Positions 37,918-48,157 are shown, numbered from the stretch's first letter. The stretch: 64,000 nucleotides of DNA from Thermoplasmata archaeon (GCA_034667685.1 JAXDQU010000008.1:24212-88211), one strand, 5' to 3'. Notes: generated from the sequence alone by a model not told the origin. Numbers and translations: made by a program.

Positions 37918-38343
37918 ATGTGGCGGGGCGAAAAGAAGCGAATTACACTGAAGGACGACCTCACGCGCTACCATTCTCACCTCAAGCCGGGCGTTCGCGG
38001 CTGGCTTCTGCCGAACGTGAGGGTCGGCGAGTGGGGCGGCTTCGATCATTTTGGGGCCGTGGAGTTTGATTGTTGCAGCGCTCGGCTCGACGTGGTCCTG
38101 AGGGGACTCGATATCGAAGGTGCCGAAGCAGATGCGGCCGCGCGAGAAGCCAAGTTCCGCGAAGAACTCAAGACCACGACCCGTGCCATCCTCACGGTCG
38201 GCCCGCGCGGTGGTTTCCGCTCCCTTAGCGTCGAATACTCCGGAGGCCATCTCGGAATTGGCTTCCGCGAGAAAGGCGAACGCACGCTCCAAATCCTCCA
38301 GGAACATGGAATCAAAGTCGAGCGCCGGGTCGAACCGAAGTAG
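37918..38343 (+). CDS. hypothetical protein in a lower-GC island
   Basis: ATG start; clearly lower GC than its surroundings; protein-like composition (MWRGEKKRITLKDDLTRYHSHLKPG...). Confidence 0.5.
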   Translation: MWRGEKKRITLKDDLTRYHSHLKPGVRGWLLPNVRVGEWGGFDHFGAVEFDCCSARLDVVLRGLDIEGAEADAAAREAKFREELKTTTRAILTVGPRGGFRSLSVEYSGGHLGIGFREKGERTLQILQEHGIKVERRVEPK

Positions 38344-38451
38344 GACGCAGAGCCAACCCCGTCTTTGTGTTCGGCCTGGACCGCGCTCGGAATCGGAAGA
38401 GGAATCGGAATCGGACAGAACCCTTTTGACCTGGACTCCGGTGGGGTCTTC

Positions 38452-39711
38452 ATGACCCCGGTGAAGCGTTTCCCCGCCGCGACCCGCCTGCGCCACATGG
38501 AGGCGCCCATCCGCGACGTCCTGGGCCCGGCGCGCGAGCTGGAGCGCCAGGGGCACAAGGTCCTCAAGCTCAACATCGGCGACCCGGACGCCTATGATTT
38601 CGTCCCGCCCGTTCCGCTCTCCGACGCGCTGCGCGACGCCGCGACCCTCGGACGCTACGCAGACAGCGAAGGGCAGCCGGACGTGCGCGTGGCCATCGCC
38701 AAGTACGAGAAGGAGATGCGCGGGCTGGACCTGAAGCCGGAAGATATCATCTTCACCGCGGGCGTCAGCGAGGCGCTATCGTTCCTCTTCGGCGCGCTCC
38801 TGGAGCCGGGCGACGAGATCCTCGTGCCGGGCCCCGCCTACCCGCAGTACCTGGGCGTCACGTCGTTCTACGGCGCGGTGCCCGTCGAGTACCCCAGCAC
38901 GCCGCAGAACGGCTGGCTCCCCCGGATCGAGGAGATCGCCGCGCGCGTCACGCCGCGCACCAAGGCCATCGCGGTCATCTCGCCCAACAACCCGACCGGG
39001 TGCGTCTACCCCAAGCCGCTGCTCGCGCAGATCGCCAAGCTCGCCCGCGAGCGCAACCTCGTGCTCATCTCGGACGACATCTACAGCGAGCTGGTCTTCG
39101 AAGGCGAGGTCGCCCCCTCGCTCGCCCAGGAGCCCGGCCCGTGCATCATCCTCAACGGCTTCAGCAAGAATTGGCTCGTGCCCGGCTGGCGCGCGGGCTA
39201 CGTCGCGTTCAAGGACGAGGACGGCTCGCTCGCTGATATCAAAGAAGGCGTGCTCAAGCAGGCGCGCTCCCGCCTCTCGGCGAGCTACCCCATCCAGATC
39301 GCGCTGGCCCACGCGCTCCAGGCGCACGCGGCCCACGTGCCCGACCTGCGCCGCCGCCTGCGCGAGCGCGCCGAGATCGTCGTGAAGCGCGTCGCCGAGA
39401 CGGACAACCTCGCGTTGGCCCGGCCGCAGGGCGCCTTCTACGCGCTCGTGGGCATCCGCGGCCTCTACCCCGAGCAGGTCATGGAGGGGGACGCCGCGCC
39501 GGCGAAGCCGTGGAAGCCGCACAACGACTTCCCTACCGACAAGGAGTGGGTCCTCGGGCTGCTGCGCGAGGAGAAGGTGCTCGTCGTGCACGGCAGCGGC
39601 TTCGGCCAGAGCGCCGCGGGCCACTTCCGCACCGTGATCCTGCCCCCGCCCGAGACGCTCCACGAGGCGTTCGACCGCATCATCCGCTTCGCGAACAAGC
39701 ACGCCAAGTAG
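38452..39711 (+). CDS. PLP-dependent aminotransferase class I/II (aspartate/alanine aminotransferase-like)
   Basis: PLP-lysine motif SFSKNWLVPGWRAGY; ISPNNPTG motif. Confidence 0.85.
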   Translation: MTPVKRFPAATRLRHMEAPIRDVLGPARELERQGHKVLKLNIGDPDAYDFVPPVPLSDALRDAATLGRYADSEGQPDVRVAIAKYEKEMRGLDLKPEDIIFTAGVSEALSFLFGALLEPGDEILVPGPAYPQYLGVTSFYGAVPVEYPSTPQNGWLPRIEEIAARVTPRTKAIAVISPNNPTGCVYPKPLLAQIAKLARERNLVLISDDIYSELVFEGEVAPSLAQEPGPCIILNGFSKNWLVPGWRAGYVAFKDEDGSLADIKEGVLKQARSRLSASYPIQIALAHALQAHAAHVPDLRRRLRERAEIVVKRVAETDNLALARPQGAFYALVGIRGLYPEQVMEGDAAPAKPWKPHNDFPTDKEWVLGLLREEKVLVVHGSGFGQSAAGHFRTVILPPPETLHEAFDRIIRFANKHAK

Positions 39712-39712
39712 G

Positions 39713-40417
39713 TCAGACGGCCCCGCCGCGCGCGGGCGCCTTGACGTGGAGCGCCGCGCGCAGCACGACCGCGGTCGCCTCGGCGACGAACGCCGAGAGC
39801 AGCGCCACGAGGTAGATGCCGTCGAGCAGGCCCGCGCCGCCCAGGATGATGCGCCCCGCGCCGCCCGAGTCCGCCAGCGAGCGCAGGTGCATGAGGTCCG
39901 CGCCGAAGACGACGCCCAGGCCGCCCCCCGCGAACGCCGCCGCGCCCGCCGCCTCGGCGCGCTTGTGCAGGAGCGCCGCGGACGCCACGCCGATCACGAG
40001 CGCCGGCACGCGGTACTGGAGCAGGATGCCGCGGTCGGGCACGACGCGGCTCGCGGCGAACGAGACGAGCACGCCCAGCCCCACGACCACGACGGCCTCC
40101 GCGCCCGGCAGCCGCCGCTCGACGAGGATCTTCGCCCCCACCGCGCAGGGCACCACGCAGCCGGCGAGGTTCGCGGCGAGGCTCACCTGCGGCGAGACCT
40201 GGCCCAGCGGCGCGTCCACGAGCACCAGCACGGGCGCCACGATGGCGACGAGCGCGGCTTCGAGCCTGGTCAGGCCCGCGCTGCGCAGCAGCCACGTGCC
40301 CGCGACGGCGAGCAGCAGGAGCGCCGCGCCCACGAGGGGCCATTCGCCCGGACCGGGCGGCCCCGCGTGGCCGGTGGCGAGGGCGGCGAGGCGCGCGGCC
40401 CACGTGAGGCCCGTCAT
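39713..40417 (-). CDS. integral membrane protein (hypothetical)
   Basis: multiple TM helices, Gly/Ala/Leu-rich; probable start at MTGLTWAAR (the ORF extends to 40510). Confidence 0.5.
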   Translation of the reverse strand: MTGLTWAARLAALATGHAGPPGPGEWPLVGAALLLLAVAGTWLLRSAGLTRLEAALVAIVAPVLVLVDAPLGQVSPQVSLAANLAGCVVPCAVGAKILVERRLPGAEAVVVVGLGVLVSFAASRVVPDRGILLQYRVPALVIGVASAALLHKRAEAAGAAAFAGGGLGVVFGADLMHLRSLADSGGAGRIILGGAGLLDGIYLVALLSAFVAEATAVVLRAALHVKAPARGGAV

Positions 40418-40635
40418 CGCCTGCGCGTGCCTCGGCGACGGGCTCTCGATTCTGGTACACGGGGCGCGGAAGCGGACACAAGCGTCGAAGCGTCCGCTGC
40501 GCTGCGGCAAGCGATTGGCCCTCAGCTTCGAAAAGAACGGTCATCTGGCCGAGCGAAATTTGATTGGGTGGGTGCTCGACCTCGCCGTGATAACTGAATC
40601 CTCAACGGGCCAAGCGGGCCATCGCGCCGCCTCGC

Positions 40636-41253
40636 TTATGATCCTTGCGGGCGGTCCGCGAGCCAGCGGCGCGCCACGTCCACGTCCCGCGGCGTCAGCT
40701 CGTGCCCCGCCTTCGCGTAGTGGACCTCCACCACCGCGCCGCCGTCGCGCAGGATGGCGGCCAGCGCCTCGGTGGCCTCCGGCTGCGAGTAGGGGTCGCG
40801 CTCGCCGGCGAGCAGGAGCACGCGCTTGCCCGCCACGCGCGGCGCGGCCGGGGGCCGGTAGGGCAGCATGGCGCGGATCAGGATCGCGCCCGCGAGGACG
40901 TCCGGCTCCTCGAAGAGCAGCGCGGCCCCGATGTTCGCGCCGTTGCTGAACCCGACGACCACGACGTCCTCTGGCGCAAAACGATAGCTCCCGACCGCCT
41001 CGCGCACGAACGCGGCCAGCTCCCGCGTGCGCCGCGCGAGGTCCGCGAGGTCGAGCCGGCCCGGGCCGTGGCGCGCGAAGAAGCGCGGCATGCCGTTCTC
41101 CAGCGCGTTGCCCCGCGGCGAGAGGACGTTCGCGCGCGGGTCGAGCATCGCCGCGAGCGGCACGAGGTCGTGCTCGTCGCCTCCGGTGCCGTGGAGCATC
41201 AGGAGCGTGCGCCGCGCGCCGGCGACGGGCTGCCAGACGTGCTCGTGGATCAT
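40636..41253 (-). CDS. phospholipase/carboxylesterase-family alpha/beta hydrolase
   Basis: LHGTGGDEHD, GFSNGA nucleophile elbow, C-terminal catalytic His; start overlaps the upstream gene by 4 nt. Confidence 0.75.
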   Translation of the reverse strand: MIHEHVWQPVAGARRTLLMLHGTGGDEHDLVPLAAMLDPRANVLSPRGNALENGMPRFFARHGPGRLDLADLARRTRELAAFVREAVGSYRFAPEDVVVVGFSNGANIGAALLFEEPDVLAGAILIRAMLPYRPPAAPRVAGKRVLLLAGERDPYSQPEATEALAAILRDGGAVVEVHYAKAGHELTPRDVDVARRWLADRPQGS

Positions 41254-42209
41254 CCGGCGCGCACCTGCGGCATGGGCAGGCTGATCGGCGGCAGGCGCTT
41301 CTCGATCGCGGCGCGCTGCGGCTCCAGCCACGGGGGGAGCACGAGCGACTCGCCGAGCTTGTCCATGTCCTCGTCGACGCCGAAGCCCGGCCCGTCGGTG
41401 GCGATCTCGAAGAGGACGCCGCCCGGCTCGCGGAAGTAGACCGAGTGGAACCAGAAGCGGTCGATGACCTGGGTGGTGTGGCCGCCGGCGCGGCGCACGG
41501 CGTTGGCGAGCGCGATCTGCTGCGCGTCGTCCCGCGCGCGCCACGCCACGTGATGGACCTTGCCCACGCCCCACTCGCCGCGCGGGAGCGAGGGCTTGCT
41601 GCAGACGTCGAGGTGGCCGCACCACGCGTCGCGCCCCGCGTAGCGCGTCCAGCCGCCCTCCTCCGCGACGCGCCGCATGCCCAACGCCTCCGCCGCGAGA
41701 CGCTCCGTGGGCTCGCTGGCCAGCTCCACCGCCCGCACCGCGTGCAGGCCGCGCAATTGGTGGCGCTCCGGCACCGCGCTGCGCCGCCACGGCGCGAAGA
41801 CGCGCTCCTGGGCCTGCGGCGTCTCCGCGATCGCGAGGCGCAGCCCGTGGAAGTCCTCGAACGTCAGCGTCGTCTCGTCGAAGCGCGTCTCCTCGGCCAC
41901 CGCCAGGCCCTCGCGCGCCAGGCGATCGCGCCACCACGCGAGGCTGCCCGGCATCGCCGCGAAGACGACCTCGTTGACGAGCCCCGTGCCCAGCCGGCCG
42001 GGCCCCATGTTGGGCCACGGGAAGAACGTCAGGTCGCTGCCCGGGTGCCCCTCCGCGTCGGCGTAGAAGAGGTGGTACGTGCCCGGGTCGTCCTGGTTCA
42101 CGCTGCGCTTCACCATGCGCAGGCCCAGCAGCCCCGCGTAGAAGTCCACGTTCTCCTGCGCGTCGCCCGCGATCGCCGTCACGTGGTGGATGCCGCCGAC
42201 CTGCTCCAT
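41250..42209 (-). CDS. two-domain VOC/glyoxalase-family ring-cleaving dioxygenase
   Basis: two tandem VOC modules (HHVTAIAGDAQENVDFY ...; VHHVAWRARDDAQ ...). Confidence 0.7.
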   Translation of the reverse strand: MEQVGGIHHVTAIAGDAQENVDFYAGLLGLRMVKRSVNQDDPGTYHLFYADAEGHPGSDLTFFPWPNMGPGRLGTGLVNEVVFAAMPGSLAWWRDRLAREGLAVAEETRFDETTLTFEDFHGLRLAIAETPQAQERVFAPWRRSAVPERHQLRGLHAVRAVELASEPTERLAAEALGMRRVAEEGGWTRYAGRDAWCGHLDVCSKPSLPRGEWGVGKVHHVAWRARDDAQQIALANAVRRAGGHTTQVIDRFWFHSVYFREPGGVLFEIATDGPGFGVDEDMDKLGESLVLPPWLEPQRAAIEKRLPPISLPMPQVRAG

Positions 42210-42247
42210 GGGCCGGCATATCGTCCCTTCCTGCTTGAGCGCTCTGG

Positions 42248-42349
42248 CCCGCCCGACGTCAACACGAAGCCACGAAGGCACGAAAACACGAAGCTCCCAG
42301 GCTCTTCGTGCCTTCGTGGCTTCGTGCCTTCGTGTTGACGTCGGGCGGA
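42248..42349. repeat. intergenic palindromic repeat, family C (CACGAAG heptad arms)
   Basis: CCGCCCGACGTCAACACGAAGCCACGAAGGCACGAA ... TTCGTGCCTTCGTGGCTTCGTGCCTTCGTGTTGACGTCGGGCGG; sits in a divergent promoter region. Confidence 0.7.
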
Positions 42350-42386
42350 GGCAAGCTCAAGACCAGATGCGCCGTCCCGCGGCACG

Positions 42387-44204
42387 ATGCCCCGCCCGCT
42401 CGTCGTCGCCGAAGGCATTCACAAGGCCATCGCGGGGCGCGCGATCCTCGACGGCGCGTCGTTCCAGGTCGAGGCGGGCGAGCGCGTGGCGCTGGTGGGA
42501 CCCAACGGGACGGGCAAGACGACGCTCCTCCAGATGGTCGCGGGCCGCAGCGCGCCCGACGAGGGGCAGCTCAGCCTCGCGCCGCGCACGCTCGTCGCCT
42601 ACTTCGAGCAGCACCCCAAGCTGGAGAAGGACGCCACGGGCCGCGACGTGCTGGCCGCCGGCGCGCAGGTCCCGCCCGAGATCGCGGCGGAGCTCGCGGC
42701 GCTGGAGGCGCGCATGGCCGACCCCGCGCTCTACGAGTCGGGCGAGAGCGACGCCGTCTTCGCGCGCTACGGCGAGCTCCAGCGCGAGGCCGCGCAGGCG
42801 AAGGCCGCCGCCGCGCCCGAGGCCGCGGAGGCGCTGGCCGAGTCGCTGGGCTTCGCGCCCGACGACCTCGCCAAGAAGGTCTCCGTGCTATCAGGCGGCG
42901 AGCGCACGCGGCTGCTCCTGGCGCGCACGCTGGCCGAGGCGCAGCCCGGCGGCCTGCTGATCCTCGACGAGCCCACGAACCACCTCGACGTCGAGACGGT
43001 CGAGTGGCTGGAGGAGTGGGCCGAGGGCCACCAGGGCACGATCCTCATGGTGAGCCACGACCGCGCGTTCCTCGACAACCTCGCCACGCGCGTGCTCTGG
43101 CTCCACGAGGGGCGGATCGCATCGTACCCGGGCAACTATTCGGACTTCGAGCGGGCGCGGGACGAGGACCAGCAGCGTCTCGCCCAGCAGCGCGAGCGGG
43201 AGGTCAAGGAGGAGGCGCGCCAGAAGGAGGTCATCCAGCAGTTCCGCCAGATGAAGCGCTTCAACGGCCAGATGGCGAGCCGGCTGACGCGCCTCGCGAA
43301 ATACCGCAGCGCCATCGAGCGCACGCCCGATCCGCTCATGCAGCGCGTGGCGATGGCTGTCGCGTTCCCCGAGGCGTTCAAGTCCTCCAAGGAGGTCGTG
43401 CGCGTGCGCGGCCTCGGGAAGAAGCTGGGCGATCGCGTGCTCTTCTACGGGCTCGATCTGGACCTCGCGAAGGGCGAGCGCATGGGGCTCATCGGCGCGA
43501 ACGGCGCGGGGAAGACGACGCTCCTGCGCATCCTCGTGGGCAAGGACCGCAAGGAGATCGGCACGGTCGAGGTCGCGCCGGGCGTGAAGGGCGCCTACTA
43601 CGCGCAGGGCCACGAGCAATTGGACGAGAAGCGCTCGCTGGTCGACGAGGTGCGCGGCGCGCGTCCCGGCCTCGCGGAGGAGGACGGGCGCGCCCTGCTG
43701 GGCCGGTTCGGCTTCCGCAGCCCGCAGGACCCGACCCGGAAGGTGCAATCGCTCTCGGGCGGCGAGCGCAGCCGCCTCGCGCTGCTCAAGACCATCCTCG
43801 CGCCCTCCAACCTGCTGATCCTCGACGAGCCCACCAACCACCTCGACCTGGACAGCGTGCAGGCGCTCGTGGGCGCGCTCAACGCCTACCAGGGCGCGCT
43901 GCTCGTGGTGAGCCACGACCGCTGGTTCCTCGACAGCGTGGTCGACAAGGTCGCGCTCCTGGCCCGCGGCCAGGCCAAGGTCTTCACGGGCGACCTCACG
44001 GCGGCCCGGACGCAGATGGCCATGGAAGCGTTCGCGGGCGACCGGACCACGCGCTACGTGGTGCGCAAGGGCTTCAAGGACTTCGACGCCGGCACGCGCC
44101 ACGCCGCGGGCAGCGCGCTGGAGCTCACCGAGGCCGAGGTGCAGGCCAAGCGCCTCTACCGCACGGCGATCGAGATGGGGTGGATGGAGGCCGACGCGGG
44201 CTAG
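42387..44204 (+). CDS. ABC-F family ATPase (tandem ABC domains; EttA/Uup-like)
   Basis: two Walker A (GPNGTGKTT, GANGAGKTT), two LSGGE signatures, inter-domain linker. Confidence 0.9.
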   Translation: MPRPLVVAEGIHKAIAGRAILDGASFQVEAGERVALVGPNGTGKTTLLQMVAGRSAPDEGQLSLAPRTLVAYFEQHPKLEKDATGRDVLAAGAQVPPEIAAELAALEARMADPALYESGESDAVFARYGELQREAAQAKAAAAPEAAEALAESLGFAPDDLAKKVSVLSGGERTRLLLARTLAEAQPGGLLILDEPTNHLDVETVEWLEEWAEGHQGTILMVSHDRAFLDNLATRVLWLHEGRIASYPGNYSDFERARDEDQQRLAQQREREVKEEARQKEVIQQFRQMKRFNGQMASRLTRLAKYRSAIERTPDPLMQRVAMAVAFPEAFKSSKEVVRVRGLGKKLGDRVLFYGLDLDLAKGERMGLIGANGAGKTTLLRILVGKDRKEIGTVEVAPGVKGAYYAQGHEQLDEKRSLVDEVRGARPGLAEEDGRALLGRFGFRSPQDPTRKVQSLSGGERSRLALLKTILAPSNLLILDEPTNHLDLDSVQALVGALNAYQGALLVVSHDRWFLDSVVDKVALLARGQAKVFTGDLTAARTQMAMEAFAGDRTTRYVVRKGFKDFDAGTRHAAGSALELTEAEVQAKRLYRTAIEMGWMEADAG

Positions 44205-44277
44205 GGCTGGCGCTGGCGCTGGGGCTGGGGTCCCCCAGCCCCAGCCCGGCGGAGCCGCGGGGCCGCTCCCACCACCC

Positions 44278-44285
44278 TTATAAAA
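44278..44285 (+). promoter_or_regulatory. putative TATA box for the histidine kinase gene
   Basis: TTATAAAA about 30 nt upstream of ATG 44314, in an otherwise 70% GC context; preceded by a GC hairpin GGCTGGGGTCCCCCAGCCCCAGCC after the upstream gene. Confidence 0.4.
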
Positions 44286-44313
44286 GGGGGGCAGCCGAGC
44301 CAGGGGGGAGCGC

Positions 44314-46134
44314 ATGCGGTTCCGCGCCCTCTGGAGCGCGCTCGCCGGGCGTCGCACGCCGGCGGGCGAGAGCGAGATGCACCAGCGCGAGGTCCGCCGC
44401 GCGCTCGACGCGCTCGTCCTGGAGAGCCTCGTCTCGCTGACGCTGGGCATCGGCGCGCTCTACCTCGCCTTCTCGCTGGCGGACGGCATCCTCCGCGTGC
44501 GCGAGCCGAGCCTGCTCTTCTCCGCGCTCGACGCGGCCGCGGGCGGCGTGCTGCTCACGGTCCACGTGCTGATCCGCCGGCACCGCTTCGCCGCGCGGCT
44601 GGGCCACCCGATCCTCGCGCTCGTCTCGGGCGTCGTCCTGGCCGACCTCGCGCTGACGATGCTGCTGATCCCGACGCCCGACCAGACGCTCTACCTGATC
44701 CTCTTCGCGATCGGCGTGGGCGGCCTCGCGCTCTCGACCACGTGGCTCGCGGGCATGCTGGGCGCGTGCATCGGCGTGTGGATCCCCTTCGTCGCGCTGC
44801 GCCCCAACGCGGGCTGGACGACGGCGAGCTTCGGCCTCGCGGCGGGGCTCGTGCTCGCCATGACGTTCCACCTCGTGCGGATGCGCACCTACGAGCGCAT
44901 GGAGTCGCTGCGCCTCCAGGAGTCGCGCCGCAAGGCCGAGCTGGAGATCCGCGAGGAGGCGCTGCAGGGCGCCGTGCAGGCCGCGCAGGAGAGCGAGGAA
45001 CGATATCGCCGCCTCGTCGAGAACGCGCCCGACGCCTTCCTCGTGCACAGCGGGGGCCGCGTCGTGTACGCCAACGCCGCCGCGGGGCGCCTCTTCGGCG
45101 CCAAGGCCGCAGACGAGCTGCTCGGCGCCGACCCCTTCTCGCTGATCCACCCCGACCACCTCGCCGACGTCATGGCGCGCAGCGCGCTCGTCGAGCACCA
45201 CGGCCAGACGACGCCGCGCATGGAGATCCGCATCCTGCGCCTCGACGGCAAGGCCGTGGACGTGGAGGTCACCAGCCAGCCGATGGTCTACGCCGGCCGC
45301 CCCGCCGACCAGGCGATCCTCCGCGACATCACCGATCGCATCCAGGTGGAGGCCGAGCGCGCGATCAACGCCAAGCGCGCCGCCGAGATCGAGCGCCTGC
45401 GCGAATTGGACCGCCTCAAGACGCAGTTCGTCAACACGCTCAGCCACGAGTTGCGCACGCCGCTCACGCCGCTCAAGGTGCAGCTCCACATCCTCAAGAA
45501 CGCGCCCCAGGAAGGGCCGGCCCGGCAGCGCGCGATGGACATGCTGGAGCGCAACCTCGCGCGCCTCTCCAGCCTCGTCGACGAGTTCCTGGAGGTCGCG
45601 CGCATCCAGAGCGGCGGCCTGAAGCTCAGCAAGGCGCGCGCGGACGCGGGCCCGATCCTCCACGAGTCGCTGGAAAGCTATCACGACGTCGCGCGCGCCA
45701 ACGGCGTCAAGCTGGAGGTGGCGCTGGACCCCGCGCTCTGGGCCGACCTCGATCCGAAGCGCATCTCGCAGGTCGTGTTCAACCTCGTGGGGAACGCCAT
45801 GAAGTTCACGCCCAAGGGCGGCACGATCCGCGTCGAGGCCAGGCGCAAGGCCGACGCGATCCAGGTGCGCGTCTCGGACACCGGCGTCGGGCTCTCGGCC
45901 GCCGACATCGCGAAGCTCTTCGAGCCCTTCAGCCAGGCGCACGACACGATGCAGAAGACCAACGCGGGGACGGGCCTGGGGCTCTTCATCTGCCGCGGCA
46001 TCGTGGAGTCGCACGGCGGGCGCATCGGCGTCGACTCCGACGGGCCGGGCAAGGGCTCCTGCTTCTGGTTCACGCTGCCCGCGGCGGATGGGCCCGAGGC
46101 CGACCCTCAAGCTCCGCATGCGGAGACGCGGTGA
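44314..46134 (+). CDS. membrane-bound PAS sensor histidine kinase
   Basis: N-terminal TM helices; PAS domain; HisKA H-box SHELRTPLTPL; HATPase_c N, G1, G2 boxes (GTGLGLFICRGIVESHGG). Confidence 0.85.
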   Translation: MRFRALWSALAGRRTPAGESEMHQREVRRALDALVLESLVSLTLGIGALYLAFSLADGILRVREPSLLFSALDAAAGGVLLTVHVLIRRHRFAARLGHPILALVSGVVLADLALTMLLIPTPDQTLYLILFAIGVGGLALSTTWLAGMLGACIGVWIPFVALRPNAGWTTASFGLAAGLVLAMTFHLVRMRTYERMESLRLQESRRKAELEIREEALQGAVQAAQESEERYRRLVENAPDAFLVHSGGRVVYANAAAGRLFGAKAADELLGADPFSLIHPDHLADVMARSALVEHHGQTTPRMEIRILRLDGKAVDVEVTSQPMVYAGRPADQAILRDITDRIQVEAERAINAKRAAEIERLRELDRLKTQFVNTLSHELRTPLTPLKVQLHILKNAPQEGPARQRAMDMLERNLARLSSLVDEFLEVARIQSGGLKLSKARADAGPILHESLESYHDVARANGVKLEVALDPALWADLDPKRISQVVFNLVGNAMKFTPKGGTIRVEARRKADAIQVRVSDTGVGLSAADIAKLFEPFSQAHDTMQKTNAGTGLGLFICRGIVESHGGRIGVDSDGPGKGSCFWFTLPAADGPEADPQAPHAETR

Positions 46135-46144
46135 GCGCGGAGGC

Positions 46145-47035
46145 TCACTTCCCCTTCACGTGGGCGTCGTGCTCGCGCTTGGTCTCCACGACGAAATGCG
46201 GGTCGGGGCTCGTGTCCTTCTTCGTGACCGTGAGATACACGATGCAGGCGACGATGGCGACGCCGAAGACGGCGCTCACCAGCTCGGGTCCCAGGTCGAG
46301 GCCGCCCACGCCCGGCGCGCCCGTGTCGTCGACGAGGTTCGGCCCGCCGAGGAAATCGCCCAGGTTCGCGCCGAAGGGGCGCGTGAAGACGTAGGCGATC
46401 CAGAACGCGAGGATCGGGTTGACGCGGAAGGCGAGGTGCGCGACGCCGGCGAGCAGGATGATCGCGCCGAAGATGACGCCCGAGAGGAGCAGCCCCGCGC
46501 GGAGGCTGCCGGTGCCCTGCTGGAGCGTCTCGAGGAGCCAGTCGCCCGCGGCGGTGCCCAGCGCGAAGGTGGCGAGCACGGCGCTCCAGTAGAACGCCTC
46601 GCGGCGGCGCGTCGTGATCGCGCGGATGCTCAGCGAGCGCTCGACGCCGTACCAGGCCGCGAAGACGACCGCGAGCGCAAGGGCGAACGCGAAGGTGAGC
46701 GTCGAGAGCGGCATCCCCATGTCGTCGTGGAGCTTGTCCGTGATGATCGTGCCCACGATGCTGATGAGCACGACGACGAGCCAGTAGACCCAGGGCACGT
46801 AGCGGCGATACCAGAACTGGACCGCGAGCGCGACGACGAGGATCGCGCCCATGACGAGGCCGGTGTTGGTCAGGCCGAGGCCGACGTCGTTGTTGAGCAG
46901 GTCGGAGACGGTCTCGCCCACCGTCGTGCAGAGGATCTTGATGATCCAGAAGAAGATCGTGATCTCGGGGACCTTGTTGAGCATGGCGCGCGCGGCCGCG
47001 CCGAGGGGAGTGGTCGCGCGGGCCGTGGCGGTCAT
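46145..47035 (-). CDS. integral membrane protein (hypothetical, about 7 TM)
   Basis: hydrophobic helices throughout; protein-like composition. Confidence 0.6.
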   Translation of the reverse strand: MTATARATTPLGAAARAMLNKVPEITIFFWIIKILCTTVGETVSDLLNNDVGLGLTNTGLVMGAILVVALAVQFWYRRYVPWVYWLVVVLISIVGTIITDKLHDDMGMPLSTLTFAFALALAVVFAAWYGVERSLSIRAITTRRREAFYWSAVLATFALGTAAGDWLLETLQQGTGSLRAGLLLSGVIFGAIILLAGVAHLAFRVNPILAFWIAYVFTRPFGANLGDFLGGPNLVDDTGAPGVGGLDLGPELVSAVFGVAIVACIVYLTVTKKDTSPDPHFVVETKREHDAHVKGK

Positions 47036-47094
47036 GCTGCCCCCCGCAGCGCCGCGGCGGCGCTATCGCCCTTTTGGGACAGGCTTGCGTTGGA

Positions 47095-47631
47095 TCATCC
47101 GCGCGGCCCGTCGCGGCCGATCGCGTCGAACCCCTCGACGAACGCGTCGACGACGCGGTCCACGAAGCTCGCGCGGTATTCGACGAGGAGGCGCGCGACG
47201 CGGTCCGCCTCCGCGAGGCGGTAGCGCGTCTCGCGGCCGGCGCGCTCGCGGGCGACCAGCCCGGCGTCCGCGAGCTTGCGCGCGTGATAGCTCAGCGTGC
47301 TTGATCGGAGGCCGGTGGCGAGCATCAGATCCTGGTGGCTCGCGGGACCCGACTCGAGGAGCGCGATCACGATGCAGCGAGGGATCGCCTGGCGGAGGAT
47401 CGTGAAGAGCCGCGCGTCGGCGGCCGCCACGTCCGCCGCGAAGTAGCGCTTGTTCTCCTGCGTCTCGACGCGCAGCAGCCCCGCGCGCTCCAGGTGGCCC
47501 AGGTGATACTCGAGCGCGCCCATGCTCATCGCCACGCCGCGCTGGATCTCGCGGAGGTAGGAGCCGGGATGCGCGCGGACGTACGCATAGAGGCGCCGGC
47601 GGGTCTCGAGCTCCAGCGCGCGCTCGTCCAC
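47095..47631 (-). CDS. winged-helix transcriptional regulator
   Basis: N-terminal wHTH (RRRLYAYVRAHPGSYLREIQRGVAMSMGALEYHLGHLERAGLL) and a second wHTH-like region. Confidence 0.65.
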   Translation of the reverse strand: MDERALELETRRRLYAYVRAHPGSYLREIQRGVAMSMGALEYHLGHLERAGLLRVETQENKRYFAADVAAADARLFTILRQAIPRCIVIALLESGPASHQDLMLATGLRSSTLSYHARKLADAGLVARERAGRETRYRLAEADRVARLLVEYRASFVDRVVDAFVEGFDAIGRDGPRG

Positions 47632-47644
47632 GCGCTCGTCCCTC

Positions 47645-47917
47645 CTACGCCTTCAGGAACGCGGCGAGGATCAGCAGGAGGAAGACGGCGTCGCCCGCCT
47701 CGCCCACGTAGTCGATGAGGGGCACCTCGCCCACGAGGAAATCGATGCTCAGGAGGAGCCCCTTGAGCGCATAGAAGCCGAAGGCGATCGTGAGGAGAAG
47801 CACGCGCTGGGTCCGCTGGCGGCGGTAGGCCATGAGCGCGATGACGAGCACGACGAGCGCGAGCGCGGTGAGCACGAGGCGCAGGGCGTCCTCGACGGCT
47901 TCGTTCGTCGCGGCCAT
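47645..47917 (-). CDS. small 2-TM membrane protein (hypothetical)
   Basis: two hydrophobic helices; 13-bp gap to the regulator. Confidence 0.5.
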   Translation of the reverse strand: MAATNEAVEDALRLVLTALALVVLVIALMAYRRQRTQRVLLLTIAFGFYALKGLLLSIDFLVGEVPLIDYVGEAGDAVFLLLILAAFLKA

Positions 47918-47935
47918 CCGTCGCCCTCGCGCGGC

Positions 47936-48157
47936 TCACGCGTGCGGCGCGTCGTCCTGCGTCTCGGCGTCGCCTGAGCACGGATCGGAAGCCGCGGGCG
48001 CGCTGCCGGAGCCATCGCCCGCCTCGGGCGCGTCGCACGCGTCGCCGAAGAGGCCGGTGACGGCGTCGATGGGGTGGAAGCCCATGGCGATGGACGTGCC
48101 CAGCGCGCCCAGGAGGAGGAACGCGCCGGCGAAGGCGAAGATCAGAGGCCGCTTCAT
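47936..48157 (-). CDS. small secreted/membrane hypothetical protein
   Basis: signal-like MKRPLIFAFAGAFLLLGALGTSIA; acidic Cys-containing tail. Confidence 0.35.
   Translation of the reverse strand: MKRPLIFAFAGAFLLLGALGTSIAMGFHPIDAVTGLFGDACDAPEAGDGSGSAPAASDPCSGDAETQDDAPHA

Noticed and set aside
37891-38556. 221-aa minus-strand ORF antisense to the low-GC island gene
   Set aside because: The plus-strand ORF (37918-38343) has better protein-like composition and a clean ATG start. The minus-strand translation is Ser/Arg-rich low complexity.
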